Below, piece after piece: positions 62,898-64,000 of a DNA stretch of 64,000 bases. Made by a program: the position numbers and the translations under genes. The stretch's first letter is position 1. Every line of letters starts with the position of its first letter. This DNA is from Dehalococcoidia bacterium (GTDB lineage: Bacteria; Chloroflexota; Dehalococcoidia; Bin125): contig CAXXSR010000002.1 in NCBI GenBank assembly GCA_963662615.2, positions 192,001 through 256,000 on the forward strand, given 5' to 3'. Under the pieces are notes generated by a model, which ran no database searches, was not told where the DNA came from, and saw only the letters and a program-made list of their open reading frames with translations.

Positions 62898-64000
62898 ATG
62901 ATCCCTATTGGGCCCATGCCAACTGGGCCACCGCAGGGACCGCCAAGCGCCAGTGAGCAGGAGCAGGCTGGCGATGGCTCATCCGAATTCGCGACGCTCC
63001 TCGCGGCCTCCCCGACGCCAGCCGGGAACGCGGCCGGAGGGACGGCGAAGCCGGGGGGCAACGGTGGGAGCCCGGAGGCTGACGAACCGCTGGACCACGC
63101 AGTGGAGGCGGTCACCCAGAGCGAGGCGGGGATCGGGACGGATCGATCCGGCGGCCTCGACGAGGGCGTTGCGGCGGCGCTTGCGGTCGCCGGCGACGTC
63201 GCGGGCGCGCCGGTCGAAGGCGACGAAGAGGATCCCGAGGCTGGGGCCCCCCGTCGCCCTTCGACCCTTCGACTGAGCTCAGGACAGGCAAGCTCAGGCC
63301 GAACGGGGGCCGGCGAGGCGGCGAGTCAGGCGGCGTCCTACCCGGACGCGACCGTGGCCGTGGGCGCGGGGGAGAGCCCGGGTTCGCCGCGGCCGGAGGT
63401 CGTGCTCGTCGGAGCGGCGTCGCAGAGCGGACCGGCAGCGGTGGGCCACAGCGGAGCAGGTGGGGGGAGGGCGCTCGGCTTCGCAGAGCCGGCCGCGGTT
63501 CCTCAGGAGCCAGCCGCAGCGGCAAGCGAGGTGGCTCCTGGCACCAAGCAGGACCTGTCGACTTTGACGACGGAGGCCGGACGCGCCTCCCTGGAGCGGC
63601 CGTCCGCGCTGGGGCGCGATCTCAATCCCGCCGCCAAGCCAGCCCCCGTGGCGGGTGGCGGGGGGCCAGCGCCCGCGCCGGCGGATGCTGCGGCCGCGTT
63701 GGGGCCGGGCACGGGACCGGCGAGGATGGAGTCCTCGCCTCTGGGACCGTCGCTCGCCGCGAACACAGCGGATGCGGCGGCGACGCCCGGCGAGGGCGAG
63801 GCAGCGAACGGTGGACGGTCCGCCTTCGGGCTCCGCACCGTGCCGGCGAAGGCGGAGTCCTTTTCCGAGGGACAGTCGTTCGTCGCAGACGGGTCGGACG
63901 CGGCGGGCGCCGAGGAGCCGGGCTCGCTGGAGCCGTCGCCGAGGGACAGCGCCGCCGAGGCGCCGATGGTTCGCGTCCCTGCAACCGCCGCGCCCCGGGC
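62898..64000 (+). CDS. Low-complexity Ala/Gly/Pro/Glu-rich protein, probably the N-terminus of hook-length control protein FliK; runs off window end
   Basis: Strong RBS aaaggagggg, frame open from ATG 62898 to the window end, FATLL motif; the diagnostic C-terminal domain is not visible. Confidence 0.6.
   Translation, partial: MIPIGPMPTGPPQGPPSASEQEQAGDGSSEFATLLAASPTPAGNAAGGTAKPGGNGGSPEADEPLDHAVEAVTQSEAGIGTDRSGGLDEGVAAALAVAGDVAGAPVEGDEEDPEAGAPRRPSTLRLSSGQASSGRTGAGEAASQAASYPDATVAVGAGESPGSPRPEVVLVGAASQSGPAAVGHSGAGGGRALGFAEPAAVPQEPAAAASEVAPGTKQDLSTLTTEAGRASLERPSALGRDLNPAAKPAPVAGGGGPAPAPADAAAALGPGTGPARMESSPLGPSLAANTADAAATPGEGEAANGGRSAFGLRTVPAKAESFSEGQSFVADGSDAAGAEEPGSLEPSPRDSAAEAPMVRVPATAAPR
63257..63306 (+). 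repeat. Nested REP-like element inside the putative fliK
   Basis: CCCTTCGA[CCCTTCGACTGAGCTCAGGACAGG]CAAGCTCAGGCCGAACGG. Confidence 0.65.

Noticed and set aside
1-64000. CRISPR arrays, tRNA/rRNA genes, integrases or transposases
   Set aside because: None recognised on either strand by inspection

Overview
High-GC bacterial DNA, most consistent with Chloroflexota / Dehalococcoidia (inferred from protein styles, sortase-type LPXTG substrates and a flagellum without visible L/P-ring genes; not confirmed). Four blocks. (1) 1-6.8 kb: acyl-CoA/aromatic-type catabolic genes (penicillin-acylase-family hydrolase, three SDRs including one apparent pseudoenzyme, crotonase, acyl-CoA dehydrogenase) and ClpS. 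(2) 7.2-17.7 kb: a minus-strand array of secreted proteins (two S8 subtilases, one frameshifted; an M10 metalloprotease; a lysyl-oxidase-like protein; an amber-interrupted glycine-rich peptide; an LPXTG protein). Three unrelated enzymes end in the same Gly-linker + C-X8-C tail, and four genes share an ECF-like promoter motif. (3) 17.9-23.8 kb: HIT, YqeK, rhomboid and BtuF-like genes, then a c-di-AMP (ydaO) riboswitch, two tiny Zn-finger ORFs and an orphan NarL-type regulator. (4) 24.1-64 kb: a >40 kb flagellar/chemotaxis supercluster that runs off the window end. It has rearranged gene order, two FlgM paralogs, an embedded LPETG protein, G7-tract frameshifts in cheD and fliF, and a 22-bp-phased upstream motif that may be the site of an undescribed master regulator. 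No rRNA, tRNA, CRISPR array or transposase was seen. All calls come from reading motifs by eye; no database searches were run.
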